The notes beneath the pieces were generated by a model that worked only from the letters and a program-made list of their open reading frames with translations, had not been told where the DNA came from and did not search any database. 64,000 nucleotides of DNA from Desulfomonilia bacterium (GTDB taxonomy: Bacteria; Desulfobacterota; Desulfomonilia; UBA1062), in the NCBI GenBank assembly GCA_963664325.2, contig CAXXDQ010000004.1, forward strand, positions 384,001 to 448,000. The letters are read 5' to 3'. Of the stretch, positions 53,562 to 63,312 are shown in pieces. How positions within the stretch are numbered: position 1 is the stretch's first letter; each line of letters starts with the position of its first letter. Position numbers and translations under genes: made by a program.

Positions 53562-54551
53562 TTAATGGCAGGCTGCTGTAATAATCTGACCGATTGTCTG
53601 GGCGTAGCTCAGCCCGGTCTCCTGCGCGGCGGCGGCTAATCCGCTTTCAGGCTGCAGGCACGGATTTGCGTTTATTTCAAGCACCCAGGGCTTGCCTAGA
53701 GTGTCCACCCTGAAGTCAACCCTTGCATATCCCTTGAGGCCGAAGATCTTCCAGCATTTAAGCGTCATTTTTTTCAGTGTGTCGACAAGCTCGTCCTCTC
53801 CTTCGAGGTTGAAACTTCTTTTAGTCATGTCATATTCAGGCGAGTCCTCCGCCCATTTTGCCTTGTAATCCATGATGGGGAGCATGCCTTCATTATGAAG
53901 GAAGTGCATCTCCGCAGGAGGCATGACCTTTATACCCCCCGGCGTATCCATTATTGATATATTAAATTCCCGGCCTTCGATAAACCGCTCTGCAAAACAT
54001 GGTTTGCCGATTATTTCCGAGCGCAGTCTGGTCCGGTCTTCAACGTCTTCAATGTTTACAGCCGTGATAACGGCCTCCGAATCAAGCCCGATAGAGGCGT
54101 CTTCAAAAACAGGTTTGATGATGTAACGATCCGGGAAAGGCAGCCGTGTAAATGGTCTTTCGCCTGGTATAATCCAAGGGGCCGTACAGACTCCTCTTGC
54201 CAGCAGCATTTTTTTGGTCAGCACTTTATTTGTAGTGATCATGATCGATTCTGATGATGAGCCGGTAAAAGGAATGCCCCAATATTCAAACATGGCCGGT
54301 GCCAGATATGAAAGCCTGCTGGATCCCATGACTGATTCCACAAGGTTGAATACGCAAAGCGGGTTATCATTTTTAATGATTCCCAGCATTTCGTCGGGCC
54401 TCATGAAAAACGGCCTTGTCACAGATTCAAGCCCCAAATCAAGGATTGCCTTTGATATCTCCTCTGCGGCTGAGACGACTTCTTTTTCGTCTTCAGGAGA
54501 ATCATCAGTAACCGGATTGTGGAAAATTGTAACCTTCTGTTTTTCAATCAT
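53562..54551 (-). CDS. D-Ala-D-Ala-ligase-like ATP-grasp enzyme (paralog 2)
   Basis: PFTGS, K..TK, IIKP..EDASIG, E.FIEGREF, GYARVDFR, LEINANP. Confidence 0.88.
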   Translation of the reverse strand: MIEKQKVTIFHNPVTDDSPEDEKEVVSAAEEISKAILDLGLESVTRPFFMRPDEMLGIIKNDNPLCVFNLVESVMGSSRLSYLAPAMFEYWGIPFTGSSSESIMITTNKVLTKKMLLARGVCTAPWIIPGERPFTRLPFPDRYIIKPVFEDASIGLDSEAVITAVNIEDVEDRTRLRSEIIGKPCFAERFIEGREFNISIMDTPGGIKVMPPAEMHFLHNEGMLPIMDYKAKWAEDSPEYDMTKRSFNLEGEDELVDTLKKMTLKCWKIFGLKGYARVDFRVDTLGKPWVLEINANPCLQPESGLAAAAQETGLSYAQTIGQIITAACH

Positions 54552-55528
54552 ACCGTCACCCTCTTTTGAGCTGATGTCATTATTTCTTCAATTACAGTCT
54601 GATAACTGATACCGTTCAGCCTTGCTATAATCGGGAGATCCGAATGCACGGGATTGAGCCCTGCAAGAGGGTTAGCTTCGATGAAATTCAGGATCCCCTT
54701 TTCATCCATGCGGATATCTATACGGCCGGCATCGCGACAGCCCAGGCCCTTCCATGCCTTCAGGGCCAGCTCCGAGCATGCATTCAAAATGTCTTCTTCG
54801 GGGATGTGGTAATCAATAATCTGTTCATAATTGCTTTTGTTGTAATAGGAATAAATCAGTTCTTCGCTCTGAGCTTTTTTTAAAAAAACTTCCATTGCCC
54901 CGACACATTTGGAATCTTCGCCGGTGCCGATTATCCCTGCGGTAAATTCCCTCCCGGGAAGATACGTTTCGGCGATCAGTGGCTGTTTGTATGAAGCGAG
55001 CAGCCGGGAGACAGTAGTTTTCAGTGTTTTCAGGCTATCGACCTTTGACGTGCCGTCAATGCCTTTTCCCGTGCCTTCGCAGGCTGGCTTGATGAACAGG
55101 GGATACGGAAGGTCGATGGCGTCGGTTTCCGTTTCGTTTTCGATTATGGCGAAATCCGCAGTCGTTACCCCGTAATGCCTGACGATTGATTTGGTAATGC
55201 CTTTGTGAAGGCATACTGAAAGCACAAGAGGGTCGGAAAACGTATAAGGGATTCGATAGGCGTCAAGAAGCGCCGGAACAAGAGATTCGCGGCCGGCACC
55301 ATACATGCCCTCCGCGATATTGAACACCATATCCCAGGTTTTTCCTGATGCAAGTTTTTGTATGAGTTCTTTTGCGTTTCCGACGCGCTCCGTATCATAT
55401 CCCAGGGCAACCAAGGCGTTTTCAATGGCCTCTATGGTCTCAAGACTGTCAAACTCTGCTGCTTCTTCTTTGGAAAAACCCTCTCTCAGGTAATCGTCTT
55501 TAAGGTCATATGTCAGGCCGATCAGCAT
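54548..55528 (-). CDS. D-Ala-D-Ala-ligase-like ATP-grasp enzyme (paralog 1)
   Basis: FNIAEG, IPYT, FIKP..EGTGKGI, E.YLPGREF, RIDIR, IEANP. Confidence 0.88.
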   Translation of the reverse strand: MLIGLTYDLKDDYLREGFSKEEAAEFDSLETIEAIENALVALGYDTERVGNAKELIQKLASGKTWDMVFNIAEGMYGAGRESLVPALLDAYRIPYTFSDPLVLSVCLHKGITKSIVRHYGVTTADFAIIENETETDAIDLPYPLFIKPACEGTGKGIDGTSKVDSLKTLKTTVSRLLASYKQPLIAETYLPGREFTAGIIGTGEDSKCVGAMEVFLKKAQSEELIYSYYNKSNYEQIIDYHIPEEDILNACSELALKAWKGLGCRDAGRIDIRMDEKGILNFIEANPLAGLNPVHSDLPIIARLNGISYQTVIEEIMTSAQKRVTV

Positions 55529-55541
55529 CTTATGTATAATC

Positions 55542-56822
55542 CTAATTGTTGTCCGGATATCTGATTAGGCGACCCTCGTAGTTTCTAAGCAGAAGGTCGT
55601 TACCAATGTTACCCAGGTTGTGCTGAGGAAGAATGGCTATTTTACCGCCGCCGCCGGGAGTGTCGATGACATAATGCGGCACGGCGTATCCCGTTGTATG
55701 GCCTCTTAGATTTTCTATCATTTCCAGACCCCTGCTGACCGGAGTTCTGAAATGCGACGAACCGATAATCGGGTCGCACTGGTACAGATAGTAAGGTCTT
55801 ACCCGTATTTTAAGCAGACCCGTGAACAGCTTTTTCAAAGTTTCAGCGTCATCGTTTATCCCTTTGAGCAGCACGGTCTGGCTTCCCATGGGTACCCCGG
55901 CATCCGCAAGAAGCCCGCAGGCAGCGCTTGTTTCAGGTGTGAGTTCGTCCGGATGGGTGAAGTGAATGCTCATCCACAGAGGCTGGTTTTTGCGAAGGAT
56001 CCTTAAAAGCCGCGATGTAATGCGGTATGGAAGCACAACCGGCACCTTTGTGCCGATGCGTATCATCTCCACATGAGGGATGGCCCTGATTCTGGAAATG
56101 AGATAATCAAGATCGGCGCTGGGCAGCGTCAAAGGATCTCCGCCTGAGAGCAGGACATCGCGCACTTCTTTCGTTGATTCGATATACTCGATCGCCTTTT
56201 CCCACTGCAGTCTGCTCACCCTGAATCTGTTGTTTCCGACCATGCGGGAACGTGTGCAGTAACGGCAATATGTCGAACAGAAACCGGTTGTCAGGAAAAG
56301 CACTCTGTCAGGATAACGGTGGACGATTCCCGGCACCGGGCTCTGGTGATCTTCTCCGAGCGGGTCTTTTTCTTCCCCGATGCTTCTTATGAATTCATTT
56401 TCCACAGGAATGACTGCACGCCTGATCGGGTGGCGGTCATTGAACTGATCGATAAGGCTTGTGTAATAGGGAGTTATCCTGACCGGCAGACGTGTACTGT
56501 CCGTCCTGTTGAGCGCAGATTCTTCTTTGGGTGAAAGTTTTATGAATCTCTGCAGATCGGCAACGGAGCGCAGACTGTTCTGAAGCTGCCATTTCCAGTT
56601 CGACCAGTCGGAGAGGCTCACATGAGGAAAAAATTCGTGGACGAATTCTCGTGTCGAATTGCTTGCAGGGATAAGACCAGAAAAAGGCCTTTTAAAACCG
56701 GTTATCGATAGAACGGGCTCGGCCGCTGTTAGGGACGGAGGCTCTTCCGGGATCTCGTTTACAAGGGGCGGGGGTTCTTCTGAAGTTATCGCCAACTCAG
56801 TTACCATACTCGGTTTTGCCAT
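55542..56822 (-). CDS. KamA-family radical SAM enzyme (lysine 2,3-aminomutase-like)
   Basis: HRYPDRVL, CSTYCRYCTR, SGGDPL, YQCD, DTPGGGGK (PLP lysine). Confidence 0.93.
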   Translation of the reverse strand: MAKPSMVTELAITSEEPPPLVNEIPEEPPSLTAAEPVLSITGFKRPFSGLIPASNSTREFVHEFFPHVSLSDWSNWKWQLQNSLRSVADLQRFIKLSPKEESALNRTDSTRLPVRITPYYTSLIDQFNDRHPIRRAVIPVENEFIRSIGEEKDPLGEDHQSPVPGIVHRYPDRVLFLTTGFCSTYCRYCTRSRMVGNNRFRVSRLQWEKAIEYIESTKEVRDVLLSGGDPLTLPSADLDYLISRIRAIPHVEMIRIGTKVPVVLPYRITSRLLRILRKNQPLWMSIHFTHPDELTPETSAACGLLADAGVPMGSQTVLLKGINDDAETLKKLFTGLLKIRVRPYYLYQCDPIIGSSHFRTPVSRGLEMIENLRGHTTGYAVPHYVIDTPGGGGKIAILPQHNLGNIGNDLLLRNYEGRLIRYPDNN

Positions 56823-57074
56823 CTTAAATTCTCCTTAATCAGCTTTATCGGTGCCCGTAATAAAATACTTTAAAAAAAATACTATAAATTGACCAAAAAC
56901 TAGGGCTGCTGGCCGTTCCGAGTTGCATCTATAATTCGCATATAGAGAATAAAAAAAATATTTGTCAATGTTTTTATGAGAAAAAAAAGATGATATTTTT
57001 TTGCATCCAATGCCGCTCTGGACGAAACCTTTGATTTGTGTGTAAATAAGCTTTATTCAAGAACCGGAGGAGAT

Positions 57075-59546
57075 ATGTTTTCAGATTATAAACCTGGCGA
57101 AATCGAAGAAAAATGGCAGGAGGTATGGGAGAAAAAAAATCTGTTCAAGGTAAAACCTGACAGCATAAAAATAAAATATTACCTGCTCGAGATGTTTCCA
57201 TATCCGTCAGGCCGCATACACATGGGACATGTAAGGAATTATTCCATCGGCGATGTGGTTGCACGGTTGAAGCATATGATGGGGTTCAACGTACTTCACC
57301 CTATGGGATGGGATGCTTTCGGAATGCCGGCCGAGAATGCGGCTATTGCAAGCGGCGTTCATCCGAAGAAATGGACGTATGAAAACATCGCCTACATGAA
57401 AAAGCAGCTCAAACGCATGGGCTACAGCTATGACTGGGACCGCGAGGTGACGACCTGCGCGCCTGAATACTACAAATGGGAGCAGCTCTTTTTTATCAGG
57501 ATGTTCGAAAAAGGGCTTGTTTACAGAAAGCGCGGCTTTCTCAACTGGTGCGAGAAATGCAACACGGTCCTTGCGAACGAACAGGTCGAGGACGGCGCAT
57601 GCTGGAGGTGCGGAACGCAGGTCATCCTGAAGGAGCATGACCAGTGGTTTTTCCGGATTACGAAATACGCCCAGGAACTGCTGGACAATATTGAAAAGCT
57701 TAAAGCGGGTTGGCCCGAGAGGGTACTCGTAATGCAGAAGAACTGGATAGGCCGCAGCATCGGTTCAATGATAAAGTTCAAGATAGACGGCCTTGAAGAA
57801 GACATAGAGGTTTTCACCACGAGGCCGGATACGATCTTCGGAGCCACGTTCATGAGTCTTGCACCTGAACACCCGCTGGCGAAGAGGCTTTCAAAAGGAA
57901 CGGTTCAGGAAAAGGCCGTCAATGCTTTTATAGAAAAGACACTCAAGGAAGACAAGATCACCCGGACCTCGGATTCCTATGAAAAGGAGGGCGTGTTTAC
58001 GGGCGCATATTGCATCAATCCTCTCACCGGCTACAGGATGCCCGTTTATGTAGCGAACTTTGTTTTATACGACTATGGCACTGGCGCCGTCATGGCGGTC
58101 CCCTCTCATGACCAGCGCGACTTCGAGTTCGCCAAGAAATACGGCCCGGAGATTATCGTGGTCATACAGCCTGAAGAAGAGACCCTTGATGCGTCGAAGA
58201 TGACAGGGGCCTATGAGGACGAAGGAGTCCTGGTCAATTCGGGTCAGTTCAACGGCATGAAAAACAAAGAGGCTATGGGTGCCATCAACTCGTACCTCGA
58301 AGAGATAGGACGCGGCAATGCGACCATAAACTTCAAGCTCAGGGACTGGGGCATTTCACGCCAGCGCTACTGGGGGGCGCCGATCCCGATAGTCCATTGC
58401 GAGAAATGCGGGATGGTGCCGGTGAAGGTAAGCGAGCTGCCGGTGATATTGCCTGAAAATGTCGATATCAGCGGCGCAGGCGACTCTCCAGTTTCAAAGG
58501 TGCCGGAGTTTGTGAATACGGAATGCCCTAAATGCGGCGGGCCTGCAAAAAGGGATACGGACACCATGGACACGTTCGTCGAATCAAGCTGGTACTTCAT
58601 GCGCTATGCATCCAAAGAATATAAAGATCAGCCTTTCGAGGCTGATGAGCTTGCCTACTGGATGCCGGTTGACCAGTATATCGGCGGCATCGAACATGCG
58701 ATCCTTCACCTTCTTTATTCACGATTCTTCACGATGGTTCTGCGCGACCTCGGGTATACAAAATTGAGCGAGCCTTTCGAGAAGCTGCTCACACAGGGGA
58801 TGGTCATAAAGGACGGGGCGAAGATGTCAAAGTCCAAGGGCAATGTAGTCGACCCTGAAGAGATGATAAAAAAATACGGGGCGGATGCCACACGGCTTTT
58901 TACGCTTTTTGCCGCACCGCCGGAAAAGGATATGGACTGGAGCGACAAGGGCATAGAAGGAAGCTACCGTTTCCTTATGAGGCTCTGGCGGCTCGTGCAG
59001 GACATCAAGGATATACCGTCGGGAACGGGCGCCATCCCGCAATCGATGGAGGATATCTGGCGGAAGACGCATCAGACTATAAAGAAGGTCACCGATGATG
59101 TCGACAAGCGCTTCCACTTCAATACGGCAATTGCCGCCATGATGGAGCTCGTGAACGATATTTACAGGATTCGTGAAACGGTACCCGGAAACGACCAGTG
59201 GGTTATTAAAAAATCGGCGGAGTATCTGCTCATACTTCTTTCACCTTTTGTGCCGCATATCGCAGACGAGCTTTGGCAGGTCCTCGGCAAAGAAGGCGAA
59301 CTCTTTGACATGCCCTGGCCTGGTTTTGATGAAGAGTGGGCCAAAGACGCGGAAATCATCATAGCCGTACAGATCAACGGAAAGCTGAGGGGAACGATAA
59401 ACGTACCGGCCGGGTCGGAGCAGGCTTTCATCGAGGAGGCTGCATACCGGGACCCGAAAGTTATCAAGAACATGGAAGGCATGCAAAAGGTAAAGGTAAT
59501 ATATGTCAAGGATAAGATTCTCAATATTATTGTTAAGCCTTGTTAG
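57075..59546 (+). CDS. leuS: Leucine--tRNA ligase
   Basis: PYPSG..HMGH, editing domain FTTRPDT, KMSKS; GGAGG before ATG 57075. Confidence 0.98.
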   Translation: MFSDYKPGEIEEKWQEVWEKKNLFKVKPDSIKIKYYLLEMFPYPSGRIHMGHVRNYSIGDVVARLKHMMGFNVLHPMGWDAFGMPAENAAIASGVHPKKWTYENIAYMKKQLKRMGYSYDWDREVTTCAPEYYKWEQLFFIRMFEKGLVYRKRGFLNWCEKCNTVLANEQVEDGACWRCGTQVILKEHDQWFFRITKYAQELLDNIEKLKAGWPERVLVMQKNWIGRSIGSMIKFKIDGLEEDIEVFTTRPDTIFGATFMSLAPEHPLAKRLSKGTVQEKAVNAFIEKTLKEDKITRTSDSYEKEGVFTGAYCINPLTGYRMPVYVANFVLYDYGTGAVMAVPSHDQRDFEFAKKYGPEIIVVIQPEEETLDASKMTGAYEDEGVLVNSGQFNGMKNKEAMGAINSYLEEIGRGNATINFKLRDWGISRQRYWGAPIPIVHCEKCGMVPVKVSELPVILPENVDISGAGDSPVSKVPEFVNTECPKCGGPAKRDTDTMDTFVESSWYFMRYASKEYKDQPFEADELAYWMPVDQYIGGIEHAILHLLYSRFFTMVLRDLGYTKLSEPFEKLLTQGMVIKDGAKMSKSKGNVVDPEEMIKKYGADATRLFTLFAAPPEKDMDWSDKGIEGSYRFLMRLWRLVQDIKDIPSGTGAIPQSMEDIWRKTHQTIKKVTDDVDKRFHFNTAIAAMMELVNDIYRIRETVPGNDQWVIKKSAEYLLILLSPFVPHIADELWQVLGKEGELFDMPWPGFDEEWAKDAEIIIAVQINGKLRGTINVPAGSEQAFIEEAAYRDPKVIKNMEGMQKVKVIYVKDKILNIIVKPC

Positions 59547-59979
59547 CCTGCTCTGTGCGTGCGGTTATTCCTTCGTACTGAAAGGCGGGGGAAACCTCGG
59601 GACCGTTAACCTTTATTCGTGCACAAACCAGACGCCGCTCAGAAGCGCAGGCGTCATGCTTGACGAACATATGGAAAACGTCCTTGCCTCATACGGGCTT
59701 TATTCCACAGACCCCAGCAGACCCAACCTCAAGTGCATTGTCGTGTCCGCTTCAAAATCGCAGGTTACATCAAATGAGATCGGCACACCCAATCAGTATC
59801 TGCTTTCGGTTACCGTAAGGGCCGAGGTTTTTGACGACAATGACAGGAAGATATGGCAGGGCGATTTCACTGATGACGGTGCGTACAGCACCGGCGGCCA
59901 GGAAGAGGACGGGCTGGATGTCGCATTTGACAAGATCGCTACCCGCATTGCACAGGCCCTGTCGGCAATAAAAGTCTGA
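59503..59979 (+). CDS. LptE-like lipoprotein (start uncertain)
   Basis: Lipobox LCACGY; conserved position between leuS and holA. Confidence 0.7.
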   Translation: MSRIRFSILLLSLVSLLCACGYSFVLKGGGNLGTVNLYSCTNQTPLRSAGVMLDEHMENVLASYGLYSTDPSRPNLKCIVVSASKSQVTSNEIGTPNQYLLSVTVRAEVFDDNDRKIWQGDFTDDGAYSTGGQEEDGLDVAFDKIATRIAQALSAIKV

Positions 59980-59980
59980 T

Positions 59981-60940
59981 ATGTCTGAACTTGAAAGGGT
60001 GTATCTCTTTACGGGAGAGGATATGTTCCTCATGGAAGAGGCGATAAAAACCATGAGATGCTCGCTCGGAGAAGATGCCCTCATGAATTTTTATTCTTTC
60101 GGCCCCGATGAGAGCGGGGCTGCCGATACAGCGCTTGAGCTCCTGAATACGATACCCTTCTTTAACGACAAACGCCTTGTCGTTTTCAGAAATGTGCACA
60201 AGCTTGATGCAAGGTCTTTTGAAAAGATCGCTGGATATGTCAGCGATCCGAGTGATACAGCCACGCTGGTACTGACCATGGAAGGCCAGAAACCCTGGAA
60301 GGATAAAGAAAAAAAGCAATGGGAAGAAAAGTATAAAGTCCTGACTGAGAAAGCGAAAAAGCAGTCGTTCAACGAGCTGAAGGAAGGCCAGTTGATCTCC
60401 TGGATAATTGCCAGGGTAAGATCAATGGGAAAGGAAATCGAAGCCGAAGCGGCCAACTTGTTGAAAGAGGCCTTGCTGTCCCAGACCTGGCAGATAGCCT
60501 CGGAGCTTGAAAAACTGTGCCTTTACGCCGGAGTTAGAAAGACGATCACCCATGATGATGTCAAGAAGCTCGTTTTAAAAACATATGATGATACGGTCTT
60601 CAAGCTTGCTGATGCACTGTTTGACAGGAAGGCGGATGTGCTGATGAGAATAAAGGAAATTGAGGCCTCCGGGGTTAATGAGCTTGAGGTAATTGCCTCA
60701 TTGCAGAATCAGGCCATCGACCACTTTCAGGTGCTTTATGCCCCGGCTGCAAAGAGGAGGAACCTGCACTCTTTTGTAGAAAGCAAAATTTCCGCGCGCA
60801 GGAAGTTCTGGAAGGCAAACGAACTGAATGAGCTGATAAGCGCATTTTCCGGCGTTGAACGCGGAATAAAAACCGGCAGGTGCCTGTCTGCGTATTCGGA
60901 GATTACGGAAATCGCCGCGCGGTATATAAAGACGGTTTGA
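59981..60940 (+). CDS. holA: DNA polymerase III delta subunit
   Basis: VYLF.GED.FL, PFF..KRLV, ELEKL.LY, VFKL.DA; leuS-lptE-holA synteny. Confidence 0.88.
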   Translation: MSELERVYLFTGEDMFLMEEAIKTMRCSLGEDALMNFYSFGPDESGAADTALELLNTIPFFNDKRLVVFRNVHKLDARSFEKIAGYVSDPSDTATLVLTMEGQKPWKDKEKKQWEEKYKVLTEKAKKQSFNELKEGQLISWIIARVRSMGKEIEAEAANLLKEALLSQTWQIASELEKLCLYAGVRKTITHDDVKKLVLKTYDDTVFKLADALFDRKADVLMRIKEIEASGVNELEVIASLQNQAIDHFQVLYAPAAKRRNLHSFVESKISARRKFWKANELNELISAFSGVERGIKTGRCLSAYSEITEIAARYIKTV

Positions 60941-60958
60941 AAATATAATATTAAAACA

Positions 60959-62566
60959 ATGAACAGGAATAAAAGCAGAAAGGCTCAGATAATTCCGAGA
61001 GACCATATTTCAGGAGCGGACCACACGGAGTATGAAAAATTTATTGCAGAACTGTCCGCGAGATTTATAGCCATTTCCCCGGACAAGATCGATGAAGAAA
61101 TCGAAAAAGCATTCAAAGAAATTCTTGCATTTTTTGATGTCGACAGGAGTTCTCTGCTCAAGCTCCTGCCAGGCAAAACCTCATGGATGATTACACACTG
61201 TGCCAGTATTCCCGGCATACCGCCGCTTCCCTTAAATGCAGAGCTGCCTGTATCGCTTATCTCATGGGCATATAAAAAACTTGCAAAAGAGCGCAGGCAT
61301 TTTTCTTTTGAAAACCATGACGATCTGCCTGCGACGGCCACGAAAGACAAAGAAACATACAAGACGTTCAATATAGTATCAGGCATTTATATACCCATCG
61401 CAGCCCTGATGTCTTCAGAGTATTCCATCGGCGCCGCCACATTCAACAGAAACAGGTCATGGCCTGAAGAGTTCATTCCGCGGCTGAGGCTGCTCGGGGA
61501 AATTATCGTCAATGCCCTGGAGCGCAGCAGGGGCGAGCTTGAACTCCGGGAACGGCTGGAAGAAATCCAGAAACTGAAGCTTCAACTGGAAAAAGAAAAT
61601 ATCTACCTGCGTGAAGAAGTAAAAAAAGGACAGGGTTTCGAGAAGATCATCGGAAAAAGCGACTCCCTTAATTATGTTCTCTTCAGGGTCAAACAGGTGG
61701 CTCCTACGGATGCGACCGTGCTCATCTTGGGTGAAACAGGGACCGGCAAGGGGCTTGTGGCCCACGCCATACATGAAATGAGCAACCGCAGGGAGAGGCC
61801 CATGATAACTGTAAACTGCGCGGCGCTGCCCGCCAATCTGATTGAAAGTGAACTTTTCGGCCGGGAAAAAGGGGCCTTCACCGGGGCCAGCACCAAGCAG
61901 GCCGGACGGTTCGATGTCGCCAACGGCGGTACGATTTTTCTGGATGAAATAGGAGAGATGCCGCTGGAGCTTCAGGCAAAGCTCTTGAGGGTGCTGCAGG
62001 ACGGCGAATTTGAAAGGCTGGGGAGTTCAAAGACGATCAAGGTTGACGCAAGGGTGATCGCTTCGACAAGCAGGGACCTGAAGGCCGAGGTCCGCAACAA
62101 AAGTTTCAGGGAGGATCTCTATTACAGGCTCAATGTATTTCCCATTTCAATCCCGCCTCTGACCAAGAGAACCGACGACATCCCGCTGCTCGTGAATCAT
62201 TTTATCGGTAAATACTCGCGGAAGTTTGGAAGGAAATTTGAAGCCATTTCTAAAAGTACGATGAAAGCCCTTCAGGAATACAATTGGCCGGGCAATGTAA
62301 GAGAACTGGAGCATATAATCGAAAGGGCCGTAATCACGAGCCAGGGGTCTGTTCTCCAGCTTGCCGAATGGCTTGAGCATGATTCGGCGACAACTGCTGA
62401 AGGCAGATTTGATGATCTTGAGGCAGTAGAACGTCAACACATCATCAAAGTCCTTGAAGGCACATCCTGGAAGATTGACGGAACAGGCGGAGCCGCTTCC
62501 GTTCTCAAACTTCACCCGAGCACCCTTCGGTTCAGGATTAAAAAACTAGGCATCAGGCGTTCCTGA
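60959..62566 (+). CDS. Sigma-54-dependent enhancer-binding protein (GAF-like, AAA+ and Fis HTH domains)
   Basis: GETGTGK, ESELFG, GAFTGA, FLDEIG, WPGNVREL, C-terminal HTH. Confidence 0.95.
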   Translation: MNRNKSRKAQIIPRDHISGADHTEYEKFIAELSARFIAISPDKIDEEIEKAFKEILAFFDVDRSSLLKLLPGKTSWMITHCASIPGIPPLPLNAELPVSLISWAYKKLAKERRHFSFENHDDLPATATKDKETYKTFNIVSGIYIPIAALMSSEYSIGAATFNRNRSWPEEFIPRLRLLGEIIVNALERSRGELELRERLEEIQKLKLQLEKENIYLREEVKKGQGFEKIIGKSDSLNYVLFRVKQVAPTDATVLILGETGTGKGLVAHAIHEMSNRRERPMITVNCAALPANLIESELFGREKGAFTGASTKQAGRFDVANGGTIFLDEIGEMPLELQAKLLRVLQDGEFERLGSSKTIKVDARVIASTSRDLKAEVRNKSFREDLYYRLNVFPISIPPLTKRTDDIPLLVNHFIGKYSRKFGRKFEAISKSTMKALQEYNWPGNVRELEHIIERAVITSQGSVLQLAEWLEHDSATTAEGRFDDLEAVERQHIIKVLEGTSWKIDGTGGAASVLKLHPSTLRFRIKKLGIRRS

Positions 62567-62591
62567 AAAAAAACAGACCGCAACAGGCGGC

Positions 62592-62624
62592 CCTCAATAT
62601 ATTGAGGATCCGCAATATTCTGAG
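62592..62624. promoter_or_regulatory. Tandem palindromic enhancer (UAS) sites
   Basis: Perfect 16-bp palindrome CCTCAATATATTGAGG (62592-62607) plus degenerate copy CGCAATATTCTGAG (62611-62624), directly after the bEBP gene. Confidence 0.7.
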
Positions 62625-62722
62625 AGCCTTCCTCGCCCGTGCATCTTTCCAAAAGAACCCTGTTTTATACAAAACCGACTGATATTGTAAGGTTATAACT
62701 TCACTCCGGGCATGTTCCCTTC

Positions 62723-62737
62723 AGGCATGCTTTTTGG
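62723..62737 (+). promoter_or_regulatory. Near-consensus sigma-54 promoter
   Basis: AGGCATGCTTTTTGG: GG-N10-GG (last base deviates from GC), about 100 bp downstream of the UAS. Confidence 0.5.
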
Positions 62738-62834
62738 ATAAGCCTCGATATACCTGCTGCTTGAACCAGCTGGCCGTTTATAATCCTGAACAAGATTTTA
62801 ACGTGAAACAAAGACGGGTGGAGAAAAAAATAAA

Positions 62835-63158
62835 ATGATGCTGACAATTGAAATCAGGGCAAAAGAGGAAAAATTCCAGGAATTGTACCAGATGCTGCAA
62901 GCTCTGCTGCCCACAATCCGCAAAGAAAAAGGCTGCAGGGAATGCCGGATATACAGGGATGTCGAGGGTGGAGAGGTCTTCTTTCTTTGCGCCGATTGGG
63001 AGACCAAGGCAAACCTCATACATTATATGCGGACAGGCAGCGGCAGCGCCCTTCTTGGGGCCATCGATCTTCTGAGCGAAACCGCCAGGGTCAAAAGCGG
63101 CCAGGATGAAATATGGGAGGGCATTGATGCACTGAAACGCGTGCGGAAAAAAACATAG
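62835..63158 (+). CDS. ABM-domain (antibiotic biosynthesis monooxygenase-like) protein
   Basis: IR.EKGC...IYRD......F...DWET...L..Y pattern; 107 aa. Confidence 0.8.
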   Translation: MMLTIEIRAKEEKFQELYQMLQALLPTIRKEKGCRECRIYRDVEGGEVFFLCADWETKANLIHYMRTGSGSALLGAIDLLSETARVKSGQDEIWEGIDALKRVRKKT

Positions 63159-63312
63159 CCTGCGTCCATGTTTATTCACCAGGGGATAATCTGTGAATGT
63201 TCAGGATGGGGAAACCGAATGATGCGGAGCAGAAAAAAAAAAGGTCGTGGTCAAAGAGAAAAAATCGGCGGCACGGCCTTATATGATAATCCGTAAGGAG
63301 AGGAGGAATTTT

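Noticed and set aside
53562-55528. Housekeeping ddl or van resistance ligases
   Set aside because: They lack the LHG..GEDG signature and have no mur/fts or vanHX context
47694-56822. kamA plus kce as a lysine fermentation pathway
   Set aside because: kamDE, kdd and kal are absent, the Kce homolog lacks Glu14, and GH116 separates the genes
55542-56822. Calling the KamA homolog EpmB or glutamate 2,3-aminomutase
   Set aside because: No efp/epmA nearby, and both lysine-binding Asp positions are retained
62795-62810. Second parS-like sequence (ACGTGAAACA)
   Set aside because: Only a half-site; the left arm does not match
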